A stretch of DNA of 64,000 nt, from assembly GCA_050916045.1 (NCBI GenBank), contig CP051526.1, positions 3,776,001 to 3,840,000 on the forward strand. The letters are read 5' to 3'. The first letter of the stretch is position 1. Every line of letters starts with the position of its first letter. Shown piece by piece: positions 38,165 through 46,935 of the stretch. The position numbers and the translations under genes are program-made. Under the pieces are notes generated by a model, which was given only the letters and a program-made list of their open reading frames with translations, was not told the DNA's origin and ran no database searches. Source of the stretch: Tepidisphaera sp. (GTDB taxonomy: Bacteria > Planctomycetota > Phycisphaerae > Phycisphaerales > UBA1924).

Positions 38165-38734
38165 ATGCCCGCCAAGGACCACGCCGCGTGGGACATCGTC
38201 TCCGACAATCCCCTGCGTTGTTGGCCTTCCGAAGCCCGCCGCCGCAGCAACGCCACCGCACGCACGGCGTTACTCGACGACCTCGAAACAACGCTGAGCC
38301 CCGACCGCCTGCAAACCACGCTCAAAGCACGACTCAGGCCCGGAGAACTTCTGCGTTCTCGCAAAGCGTGGATCGCTGGCATGGGCATGGGTGTTTGCAT
38401 GATTCTTGGCCAGGGCGTTTCGGGGGCTTACCTGCTCAAGGGCTACACGCTGAGCCTCAAGCCAAACGGGTACCACCTGATTCCGCTCGTCGGGCTTGTA
38501 ACCGGCATCATCATGTGCTTTCTGTCGCGACCGGCGCTCCGCACAAGCCGAGTCTGGCGACGCGTGCTGGCGACACACTGCCCCGACTGCAACTACGACC
38601 TCTCCGCAAGCCACGCCGACTCGCCGCTCGACCCTCAAACCCTCGGCATCAACCTCGGCCCCCGCCACTGCCCCGAATGCGGCGCGCTCTGGCCCCTCGT
38701 CCCGCCACCCGACCCCGCATCCCCTACCCGCTGA
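38165..38734 (+). CDS. Membrane protein with C-terminal split zinc ribbon
   Basis: Two TM segments, then CPDCNYDL..GPRHCPECGALWPLVPP; TACACT 6 nt before ATG 38165. Confidence 0.7.
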   Translation: MPAKDHAAWDIVSDNPLRCWPSEARRRSNATARTALLDDLETTLSPDRLQTTLKARLRPGELLRSRKAWIAGMGMGVCMILGQGVSGAYLLKGYTLSLKPNGYHLIPLVGLVTGIIMCFLSRPALRTSRVWRRVLATHCPDCNYDLSASHADSPLDPQTLGINLGPRHCPECGALWPLVPPPDPASPTR

Positions 38735-38764
38735 CCCTTCGGACCCACCCCCCACGACCGCACC

Positions 38765-39340
38765 ATGCCAGAAGACGCATGCATCTGGGACCGCCTCCCC
38801 GGGCTCAACCCGGAGATGCCCCTCGCGGACCACCGCGCCGCCCGCATCGAGCCCTACGAAACCCTCTCGGGCCCGCCCGAGCCCAAAGGCTTGGCCGATC
38901 CCAAGGGGTTTCATGACGACCTGCGCTTCCGCCTCGCCTCTTGGAACGAGCTCCTTGTCGACCGAAGCAACGCGAATGTCCGCCACGACGATCACGAGTG
39001 GATCGATCACCCGTTCTCCGCGACACGCAACGCCTTGTACCTGGTCGTCTGGGTTGTCGCGTTCTGGGATCTCGCGATTGGAATGACATTGGCGGCCGCA
39101 ACGGTCACAATCGCAGTGCACCTCTGGCGTTCCTCCAAGCGCTCCTTCCTGACACGAGCCCTGAAGCGTCAATTCTGCCCGGACTGCGAGTACGACCTCA
39201 GGGGCTGCGACCCGGGCCTCGATCCCGACCTGCTCCTCGGCCTGAACATCGGGCCCAAGCGATGCCCGGAATGCGGGAGTCACTGGCCTTTGCTGCCGCC
39301 CCATCCATACCGATCACAATCCAAGCAAAATCCTCCCTAA
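38765..39340 (+). CDS. Tandem paralogous zinc-ribbon membrane protein
   Basis: CPDCEYDL..GPKRCPECGSHWPLLPP; C-terminus clearly homologous to the preceding gene. Confidence 0.7.
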   Translation: MPEDACIWDRLPGLNPEMPLADHRAARIEPYETLSGPPEPKGLADPKGFHDDLRFRLASWNELLVDRSNANVRHDDHEWIDHPFSATRNALYLVVWVVAFWDLAIGMTLAAATVTIAVHLWRSSKRSFLTRALKRQFCPDCEYDLRGCDPGLDPDLLLGLNIGPKRCPECGSHWPLLPPHPYRSQSKQNPP

Positions 39341-39424
39341 AGCCTGTACGCTCCCTTCCGGGCGGGGCCTCCCCACGACAGGATTCACGCCTTTCTGTCC
39401 CGCGCGGGCTATCCTTGCCTCCCT

Positions 39425-40336
39425 ATGGCAAAGACCCGCGAGATCAAGAAGCGCATCAAGGCCGTCGGCAACATCCGCCGCATCACCAAGACGATGCAGA
39501 TGATCGCCACCGCCAAGTTCGCCGCCGCCCAGCAGCGCGCAACCGCCGGCAAGCCGTACACCGAAGCCCTCTTCGGCCTCGTCGCCGATCTCGCCGGGTC
39601 CGTCGAGGAGGTCTCCCACCCCCTCTTCGGCAAGGGTGACGGCGGCCAGACCGTCGCCCCGCCCCTCACCCTCGTCATCACCTCCGACCGTGGCCTCGCC
39701 GGGGCGTACAACAGCAACGTTCTCCGCACGGCGATGCAGTACCTGCGGACCAACCCCGCCGCCAAAGCCGGGCAGGTCGACCTGGTCGGCAAGAAGGGCG
39801 TCGCGTTCCTCCGCTTCAACAACGTCCCCGTCGCCCGCCAGCACACCTTCGGCGACAAGCCCAGCCTCGAAGCCGTGCAGAAGCTCGCCAACGAGTACAT
39901 CGAGCGCTTCTCCAAAGGCGAGATCTCTTCGGTCAACATCATCTACATGCGGTTCCTCTCCGCCGGCAAGCAGGTCCCCACGGTGATGCAGCTCCTCCCC
40001 TTCAGCCCCGAAGCCGCGGCCGAGCTCGCTCGCAACCAGAAGAAGACCGAAGCCGCCGTCACCCAGCCCGCCCACAAGGTCATCTACGAGTACACGCCCA
40101 GCGCCGAACAGCTTCTCGGTGACCTGCTCCCCGCCGCCGTCCGCGCCGTGCTCTTCCAGGCTTTCAACGACGCGGTCGTCAGCGAGCACATCGCCCGCAT
40201 GGTCGCGATGAAAGCGGCGACCGATGCCGCCGGCAAGATGGGCAAGCTCTACACCCGCAAGTTCAACCGCGCCCGTCAGGCCCAGATCACGACCGAGCTC
40301 ACCGAGATCATCTCGGGTGCCGCGGCTCTGGCGTAA
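39425..40336 (+). CDS. atpG: F0F1 ATP synthase gamma subunit
   Basis: EIKKRIKAVGNIRRITKTMQMIA, TSDRGLAGAYN, SEHIARMVAMKAATD, NRARQAQITTELTEIISGA. Confidence 0.97.
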   Translation: MAKTREIKKRIKAVGNIRRITKTMQMIATAKFAAAQQRATAGKPYTEALFGLVADLAGSVEEVSHPLFGKGDGGQTVAPPLTLVITSDRGLAGAYNSNVLRTAMQYLRTNPAAKAGQVDLVGKKGVAFLRFNNVPVARQHTFGDKPSLEAVQKLANEYIERFSKGEISSVNIIYMRFLSAGKQVPTVMQLLPFSPEAAAELARNQKKTEAAVTQPAHKVIYEYTPSAEQLLGDLLPAAVRAVLFQAFNDAVVSEHIARMVAMKAATDAAGKMGKLYTRKFNRARQAQITTELTEIISGAAALA

Positions 40337-40360
40337 GAGGTTCACAACAGACGCACGAAC

Positions 40361-40392
40361 AAACCCCACGTGCGAGCGTGGGGTTTTTCTTG
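40361..40392 (+). terminator. Intrinsic terminator after atpG
   Basis: AAACCCCACG-TGCGAG-CGTGGGGTTT followed by TTCTT. Confidence 0.8.
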
Positions 40393-40450
40393 CGCAATTC
40401 ACCGCGCTCGCCCCTTGGTGGGCGACCTCGGGCGACTGCTTCTTCTCGGG

Positions 40451-41332
40451 CTACTGCTTCTTGTCCGGCTCCGCGCCCTTGGGGGCTTCGGGCGAAGCCG
40501 TCGCGACGATGCGGCCCTTGTCGGTCACGACCACACCGTCGGGCCGCTCGAGGGTGACCGCGAAGAGAGCCGGGTCAAAGACGCGGAGCTTGGCATCCAC
40601 CGGGATGATGATGTCGCCGGTGCCGGAATCCACCGAGTTGTCGGCGACGTTGAAGACGCCGCCATCCACGGCGAACTCCTGCCGGGCTTTGTCGAAGATC
40701 CAGAGCTGATACTGCTCGCGGGAGGGATCGTTCTTCGCCGCGCCGCGGAACCGCAGGTACCCCTGCTGCAGACGCGTGTTCCAGACGATGTCGCCTTTGA
40801 TTTCCTTGCCGGCGGGGTCCGGCCCGGTCGACCATGAGAGCACCTGCGAATCGCTGTTGGACAAAAGCTCGGCACGCTGCTGCGAAGCCGAGAGCACCGG
40901 CGCCGGTTCGGACGTGATCACCCGCGCGGGGCGCATCCACCCGACGGTCGCGACGATCACCGCGCACGCGGCGACGATCCAGCCACCCAACCCGCCGCCC
41001 AACCCGCCGGAGGTGGACGCCGACGGGGGTGCGACGCGGCCGGCGACCCCGGCGTTCCCGCCGAGCACCAAGCCGCGACCCATCGCTTCGATCTTGTCGC
41101 GGAGCGCCGCCGGCATGGCTTCGGATCGTGCGCCCATCGCCGCGATCGCTTCGCCCACCGCGAGCTCGGCGTCCTCGGCCAGCGACGCGATGCTGACGCC
41201 CGAAGCGGCGAGCTTGTTCTGAAGCGAGAGAAGCTCCGCGCGTTCCGCGTCCGCAAGCGTGCCGAGCATCGCCGCGCTCATCAGTTCCTTTGCACGCGCC
41301 AGTTCGGTCGCGTTCGGAGGCTGCATGCTCAT
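40451..41332 (-). CDS. Anti-sigma factor, RskA-like
   Basis: N-terminal LGTLADAER, one TM helix, YQLWIFD, FAVTLERPDGV; overlaps the sigma gene stop. Confidence 0.85.
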   Translation of the reverse strand: MSMQPPNATELARAKELMSAAMLGTLADAERAELLSLQNKLAASGVSIASLAEDAELAVGEAIAAMGARSEAMPAALRDKIEAMGRGLVLGGNAGVAGRVAPPSASTSGGLGGGLGGWIVAACAVIVATVGWMRPARVITSEPAPVLSASQQRAELLSNSDSQVLSWSTGPDPAGKEIKGDIVWNTRLQQGYLRFRGAAKNDPSREQYQLWIFDKARQEFAVDGGVFNVADNSVDSGTGDIIIPVDAKLRVFDPALFAVTLERPDGVVVTDKGRIVATASPEAPKGAEPDKKQ

Positions 41333-41937
41333 GGAGCCACCTCCTTCAGCCCCGCGCCGCCCGCCCCACCCGCGCCCGTTCCCGACAAAAGCTCCCGCAG
41401 ACGCGCCAGCCCGCGACGGATCCGCGTCTTGACCGTGCCCACCGGCTGCGAAGTCATCCCCGCGATCCGCTCATGGCTCAGCCCGTGATACAGCGAGCAC
41501 CAAAGCACCTGACGCTCCTCCGCAGACAACTGCCCGAGCGCGGCCATCGCTCGGCTCGCGGACTCCTTGGTCTCAAACACCGGAGCCTGCTCCGCGCCTG
41601 CGAGCACGCGATCCTCCGGCAGCTCCCCACCGCGGCGCGCCATCGCCCGACGCTGACGATCCGTCAGACGCCGGTGCGCCACCGTCGCGATGAAGCCAGC
41701 TTCCATCCCCTTCGAGGGGTCGTAACGCCCGGCACAACGCCAGACCTCAACGAAAATCTCCTGCACGGCATCCTCGGCGTCATCCCCCATCGCGGCCAGA
41801 TACCGCTTGGCAAGGCCCCAGACCATTCCGCCATACTCATCGAGACAGCCGCGAACCGCCGAAGCGTCGCCGTTTGCGATGCGTTGAAGGAACTGCTCAG
41901 CCAAAGCCTGACGTCTCCCGAGGCCATCCAGCCTCAA
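41329..41937 (-). CDS. ECF RNA polymerase sigma factor (SigK-like)
   Basis: DAEDAVQEIFVEVWR..YDP, GLSHERIA..PVGTVKTRIRRGL. Confidence 0.92.
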   Translation of the reverse strand: MRLDGLGRRQALAEQFLQRIANGDASAVRGCLDEYGGMVWGLAKRYLAAMGDDAEDAVQEIFVEVWRCAGRYDPSKGMEAGFIATVAHRRLTDRQRRAMARRGGELPEDRVLAGAEQAPVFETKESASRAMAALGQLSAEERQVLWCSLYHGLSHERIAGMTSQPVGTVKTRIRRGLARLRELLSGTGAGGAGGAGLKEVAP

Positions 41938-42126
41938 GCAACATCATACCCACACCTTCTTCGGCCCACATGGCCCGTCCGATTCGGTCCGGATTTTCTT
42001 CGCGGCCCAAAAACCGCCTCCTCCCCGGGTCCGAAGGTCCGGAGTTCCGAATGCCAACCGCTCCCGGCGGTCCGGTGCGTACCCGCGCCCCGGCGGTGGC
42101 TGTTCGGCCGTTTCCTGGAGGACTTC

Positions 42127-42981
42127 ATGGTTTCCCGCATTTCACTGTTGGCCGTTCCCTTCTTCCTCGCCGGCAGCGCCAGCGCCGAGATCATCTACGG
42201 CGTGACGCTCGAGCAGACGCTCATCACCTTCGATTCGAGCGCGACCGGCACGCTGCTTTCCGGCGTCGCCATCTCCGGTCTGGCCAGCAACGAAGTCATC
42301 CGCGGGATCGACGTCCGCCCGGCCACCGGCGAGCTTTACGCTCTGGGCAGCCAGAGCAACCTCTACCGCATCAACGCGGCGACGGGCGCGGCGACCCGCG
42401 TCGGATCGACTTTTTCGACGGCCCTCAACGGCTCGTCCTTCGGGTTTGATTTCAACCCCACGGTGGACCGCATCCGCGTGACCTCCGACGCGGACCAGAA
42501 CCTGCGTCTGAACCCGATCACCGGCGCGATCGCGGCGGTCGACGGCAACCTCGCGTACAACGCCGGCGATTCCGGCTTTGGCATGAACCCCAACATCGTC
42601 GCTTCGGCCTACACGAACAATTTCGCCGGCGCGACGACGACGACGCTCTACAACATCGACAGCCTGCGTGATGCGCTGGTCATCCAGAGCCCGCCCAACA
42701 ACGGCGGGCTGGTCACGGTCGGCTTCCTCGGCACGGACGTCACGGATCTGGCCGGGTTCGACATCTCCGGCGCGACCGGGATCGCGTACATGACGATCCG
42801 CGACGCCAATCTCTCCCGCTCGACGTTCTGGACGGTCAACCTCTCGACCGGCCAGGGCATGATGGTGGGCGAGATCGGGGGCGGAGCGATCCTCACCGCG
42901 ATGACCGTCGTCCCCACGCCCGCTTCGCTCGCGATGGTGGGCATGGGCGGCCTGATGGCTCTCCGCCGTCGCCGCCGCTGA
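42127..42981 (+). CDS. DUF4394-like exported protein with PEP-CTERM-type tail
   Basis: GIDVRPATGELYALG, GFDFNPTVDRIRV, QNLRLNP, AYTNNF, PPNNGGL; tail VPTPASLAMVGMGGLMALRRRRR. Confidence 0.85.
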   Translation: MVSRISLLAVPFFLAGSASAEIIYGVTLEQTLITFDSSATGTLLSGVAISGLASNEVIRGIDVRPATGELYALGSQSNLYRINAATGAATRVGSTFSTALNGSSFGFDFNPTVDRIRVTSDADQNLRLNPITGAIAAVDGNLAYNAGDSGFGMNPNIVASAYTNNFAGATTTTLYNIDSLRDALVIQSPPNNGGLVTVGFLGTDVTDLAGFDISGATGIAYMTIRDANLSRSTFWTVNLSTGQGMMVGEIGGGAILTAMTVVPTPASLAMVGMGGLMALRRRRR

Positions 42982-43041
42982 GCCGGAACTCTCACTCCAG
43001 TCGCGCGGGCCGTCCGAAACGACGCTCCGCGCCTTCCTCGA

Positions 43042-43749
43042 TCATGTGCCCTCGACCTGATCCAGCACGCCAAGCTCGCGCAGCGCGTTGAGCGCGGCTT
43101 CCTGCTCGGCCCGCTTCTTCGCCTGGCCCCAGCTCGGCGTGAACCGCTGGTCGCCGATCTCCACGGCGATCTTGAAGCACTTGGCGTGGTCGGGACCCTG
43201 CTCATCAAGCACGCGGTACTGCGGCGTCGCGAGCCGGTTCTGCTGCGCGTGCTGCTGAAGGAAGGACTTGTAGTTCTGCTGGTGCCGGCTCTGCGCCGCT
43301 TCATCGATCTGCGGATCGAGCTTCTCGCGGAGCAACCTCTTGACCGGCTCGTACCCGCCGTCGAGGTACATCGCCGCCACCACCGACTCGACCGAAGCCG
43401 CAGCAAGCGACATCGGGATCTCAAGCACCCCGGGCGCCGTCATCCCCTTGCCCATCGAGAGCGCCTTGTCCAAGCCCAACGACTTGGCCAGGTCCGCGCA
43501 CACCTGCCGCGAGACGACCAGGCTCTTGATCTTGGTCATGTCCCCTTCGAGCATCTTCGGATAACGCTCGTAGACACTCTCGCAGACGACGAGCCCCAGC
43601 ACCGCGTCGCCGAGAAACTCCATCCGCTCGTTGGACTCGCTCCGAACCTCCGTCAGCGAGGCGTGCGTGAGCGCACGACCGAGCAGCGACTCGTCTCTGA
43701 AGGTATAACCGAGTGAAGCCTCCACCGAGGCCCGAACCGTCGCGTCCAT
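43042..43749 (-). CDS. rnc: Ribonuclease III
   Basis: ALTHAS, NERMEFLGDAVLG and a C-terminal dsRBD (NYKSFLQ, GPDHAKCF, KKRAEQEAA). Confidence 0.96.
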   Translation of the reverse strand: MDATVRASVEASLGYTFRDESLLGRALTHASLTEVRSESNERMEFLGDAVLGLVVCESVYERYPKMLEGDMTKIKSLVVSRQVCADLAKSLGLDKALSMGKGMTAPGVLEIPMSLAAASVESVVAAMYLDGGYEPVKRLLREKLDPQIDEAAQSRHQQNYKSFLQQHAQQNRLATPQYRVLDEQGPDHAKCFKIAVEIGDQRFTPSWGQAKKRAEQEAALNALRELGVLDQVEGT

Positions 43750-44049
43750 GGACACGTCCCTGATTACCCGGGGCCGCGGACGCTCCCGGGTCGTCGGTAA
43801 CGTCCCAACGGCCCACGAGCGGCAGCGATCCCTTGTCGCAAGCCGCATCGCCGCGGCTCGCTCCCTCACAATATCGGCATCACAGGCTCCGTCCAAGAGG
43901 CCCAAAGACCTTCATTTCATACCAATCAAAACCCGATCATTGCCTCAGGGAGGGTTGCCTCACGTCCGGCGTCCGCCTAGTGTCTAGGCCCGTCCGGGAC
44001 GATGCCGAGCCACGGCGTGCCGACGGGTCAGCCTCTTTGGGAAGCAGCC

Positions 44050-44196
44050 ATGCATTATCCGCACCGCACCAGCCGCATCAAACGCAAGCGCTCCATCGGG
44101 TTCCGCGCTCGCATGAAGACCACCAACGGCCGCAAGATGATGAACCGCAAGCGCTCGGCCGGCCGCTCGCTGAACATCGCCGACAAGCACATCTGA
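44050..44196 (+). CDS. rpmH: 50S ribosomal protein L34
   Basis: MHYPHRTSRIKRKRSIGFRARMKTTNGRKMMNRKRSAGR. Confidence 0.92.
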   Translation: MHYPHRTSRIKRKRSIGFRARMKTTNGRKMMNRKRSAGRSLNIADKHI

Positions 44197-44212
44197 GTCG
44201 GGCCGCCGCGTT

Positions 44213-45031
44213 CTAGTCGCCGAACCCGGGCAGCGCCAACCGCGCCGCCGGCTCGAGACACCGAGGATCGTCGTGACGCGGGCTGTTCACCAGCTGGCTC
44301 ACCACGTACCAGGTCATTTCCGGAATCGGAGCATCCACGCACGCCGAGCGCAGCCGCTCGGCGTTGTTCTTTTCATCATCCCGCGATGGGCCCAGCCACT
44401 CCGCAAGCCGCTCCACCGGCAGAATCATCGGCCGCCGCGGGTGCACCGCCGTCACCGGCCCGCTTGCCGGGATCGTCAGAATCGCGAAGGTGTCGACCGT
44501 GCTCGGCCCGCTCGCCGGAGCGGTCCCGTCACGCGGCTTGGGATCCGCTTCCCACCGGTCCCACACCGCCGCGAGCAGGAACGGCGCCGTCGACCGGGTC
44601 GAAACGTCCATGACGCCGATCCAGTGCGGCTCACGCTTGGCGGCGTCGCGCCATTCGTAGTACCCGTCCACCGGCACGACGCAGCGCCGCCTCGAGAAAA
44701 GCTCCCAAAGCACGGGCCGCCGCTCCAGCGTCTCCGCCGCCGAATCGATCACCGACACGCCAACGTCCGGCGAGGACGCCCACGAACTCACAAGCCCCCA
44801 CCGCGCCGTCGTGATCTCGCACGGCAGCCCCGCGAGCGGCTTGCCCACCATCCCGCGCGGCACCGGCGCCGCCGTCCGCACGCCCTCGATCCCGCGCAGG
44901 ATCAGCGTCTCCTGCCCCGGTGCGATCGCGTACCTCGGCGTCCAAAGCCTCAGCGAGGGATCCATGGTGATGATGCCGTACCGCTCACCCAGAAGCGTCG
45001 GCGGTGTCGCGAGATGGAGTCTGCCGGGCAC
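44213..45031 (-). CDS. SRAP (HMCES/YedK) family protein, Cys2-to-Pro variant
   Basis: PRYAIAPGQ, ARWGLV, RRCVVPVDGYYEW, FAILT, VHPRRPMIL, VSQLVNSPRHD; N-terminus MPGR. Confidence 0.85.
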   Translation of the reverse strand: MPGRLHLATPPTLLGERYGIITMDPSLRLWTPRYAIAPGQETLILRGIEGVRTAAPVPRGMVGKPLAGLPCEITTARWGLVSSWASSPDVGVSVIDSAAETLERRPVLWELFSRRRCVVPVDGYYEWRDAAKREPHWIGVMDVSTRSTAPFLLAAVWDRWEADPKPRDGTAPASGPSTVDTFAILTIPASGPVTAVHPRRPMILPVERLAEWLGPSRDDEKNNAERLRSACVDAPIPEMTWYVVSQLVNSPRHDDPRCLEPAARLALPGFGD

Positions 45032-45064
45032 GAAAGATCCTACTCAGCCCGCCACGCGGACGGT

Positions 45065-46924
45065 TCACTTCTGCTTGGGCATGATCTTCTTGCGGACGCT
45101 CTCGGCTTTTCCGCGATCCCCCGCCCGGTCCAAAGCCATCGCGTACCGCATCCCGAAAACCGCCCAGTTGCTCCCCCTGGCGAACTCAGCCGACATGTCG
45201 TCGGGCTCGTCGGTCTTGCTCCATGCCCATTTCCAGAACTCGGCCGCGTCGCCCGGGCCCTTGCCGCCGTCGGCGAGCATGCGGTCGCAGCGGTCCGCCG
45301 CTTCCTGCACCGCAGGCGTCTCCTTCCCGTACTGCTGAATGCAGTCGCGGTAGAGATTCCAAGCCCGGCCCAGGTCGCCGCCGTCGCGCATGGCGTCGGC
45401 TTCAAGCATGCGGAGCTTCACCGCCAGGTCGTACCGGAAATACGTCCGGTTCCGCTGAGAATCGACGAGCTTGGTCCGGATCCATGCCCACGCGGGGGCG
45501 CGTTCCAGGGGGTTCTTCATCGCGGCGACGATCGGCGTGAGGAACTTCAGCGCAAAGTCCGGGTACTTCGTCCCGCAAAGCGTCACCGCCGCTCCGCCCC
45601 ACTTCTCAAGGTCCGCCGGCGAGAACGACTCCTTCTTCGCAAGCTCGGCGATCCGGTCCCACGCCGCCGGCACGTACGGACACGCGTTCACCGACCGCTC
45701 GCAAAGCTCGAGCGCCTCGGGCGTTGATTCCACAACCGTCGAAGCGTCCGCCAGCGCCAGGCACAGACGGACCGACTGGCCGTCGTACGACGCCCGCTCG
45801 GCCACCATCGAAAGCTCGCCGTCGCTGATGCTCTCGCCCGTCTGCGGATCGCGGACCGAAGCGGCTTCGCCCTTGTAATCCTTGTACCGCCCCTCGGTCG
45901 TGTCCCACCAGTAGGACTTGCCCTGCTGGCGGAGATACCCGACCCAGGCGTGGCCGACGTCATCTCCGCGACCGACAACCGTCACGGCCGGGATGCCCAT
46001 CGACTTGCCGATCTGCTCGGCGAAGTACGCCTGTTCGACACAGACACCGCCGAGCTTCTTGATGTTCTGAAGCGTGTACGGGTGGCCCTCGATGGCTTTC
46101 TTCTGCCCGTGCTCAAAGTGCATGTTGTCGTAGCGAACGTCGAAATACCGCTTGCCCACGGCGGGCTGGTACCCGTACTGCCGCGCGGCCCACTCGATCT
46201 CGCCGCCGCCGCAGACCATGTCCACGACGTGAGTCAGAAGCACCGCGGGCATCTTCCCGGGCGCGAAAGGCCGGAAGGACCCGCCCAGGAAGTGCTTCAT
46301 CACCCCGACGTGGTCCAGCGACCATTCCTGCTTGCGCGGATTTGTCTGGTCGTGAACAACCGCGATCGCAGCCGCAAGCTCGGGATAGTTCTCAAAGGGC
46401 GCCTTGGCGGTGATCAGGTCGCCCACCACGCGAAAGACGCCGGGGCCGGAGTCGCGCTTCGCGTCGTAAAGCCACGCGAGCGAATCGGCGAACGTCGGCG
46501 AACCAATCATGAACGCGGCGCGATCACGCACCTCCTTCACCGAGCTGTCCTTGGAGGCGGACGCCGGCTTGTCGGTGGGCACGGTCTCGCCCTTCATCCC
46601 CGCGTCGATCAACCTGACGATCCGGCGTGTGCGCGCCGCGGCGATCAGGTCCCCGGGAGCACCCTTGTCGGCGACGACCTTCTTGAGCAGCGTGTCCGCT
46701 TCGGACTTGGCTTTGGAAAGATCACCGATCTCCGCGAGGTCGGTGAGGATCTTCTGAGCGGCCGCCGCGACGGTCTCGCTGGGAGCGGCGGCGGCCGGCG
46801 CGTTCTTCTTCTTGGGGGTGGAATACTGAGCGCTTGCCGTTCCGGCGGCCATGGCGATCGCCATCGCGGCGCACACCGTGCGCAACGAAGCCATTCCACC
46901 GCCCCGCTTGCTTGCCCGATTCAT
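45065..46924 (-). CDS. Exported protein with a transglutaminase-like core and helical repeats
   Basis: Signal peptide ending ASAQ; GGVCVEQAYFA..GKSMGIPA..GHAWVGY..WWD suggests a Cys-His-Asp triad. Confidence 0.6.
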   Translation of the reverse strand: MNRASKRGGGMASLRTVCAAMAIAMAAGTASAQYSTPKKKNAPAAAAPSETVAAAAQKILTDLAEIGDLSKAKSEADTLLKKVVADKGAPGDLIAAARTRRIVRLIDAGMKGETVPTDKPASASKDSSVKEVRDRAAFMIGSPTFADSLAWLYDAKRDSGPGVFRVVGDLITAKAPFENYPELAAAIAVVHDQTNPRKQEWSLDHVGVMKHFLGGSFRPFAPGKMPAVLLTHVVDMVCGGGEIEWAARQYGYQPAVGKRYFDVRYDNMHFEHGQKKAIEGHPYTLQNIKKLGGVCVEQAYFAEQIGKSMGIPAVTVVGRGDDVGHAWVGYLRQQGKSYWWDTTEGRYKDYKGEAASVRDPQTGESISDGELSMVAERASYDGQSVRLCLALADASTVVESTPEALELCERSVNACPYVPAAWDRIAELAKKESFSPADLEKWGGAAVTLCGTKYPDFALKFLTPIVAAMKNPLERAPAWAWIRTKLVDSQRNRTYFRYDLAVKLRMLEADAMRDGGDLGRAWNLYRDCIQQYGKETPAVQEAADRCDRMLADGGKGPGDAAEFWKWAWSKTDEPDDMSAEFARGSNWAVFGMRYAMALDRAGDRGKAESVRKKIMPKQK

Positions 46925-46935
46925 GAACCTGCTCC

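Noticed and set aside
43905..44050. Replication origin near rpmH
   Set aside because: No dnaA gene, no cluster of TTATCCACA boxes and no extended AT-rich unwinding region seen.
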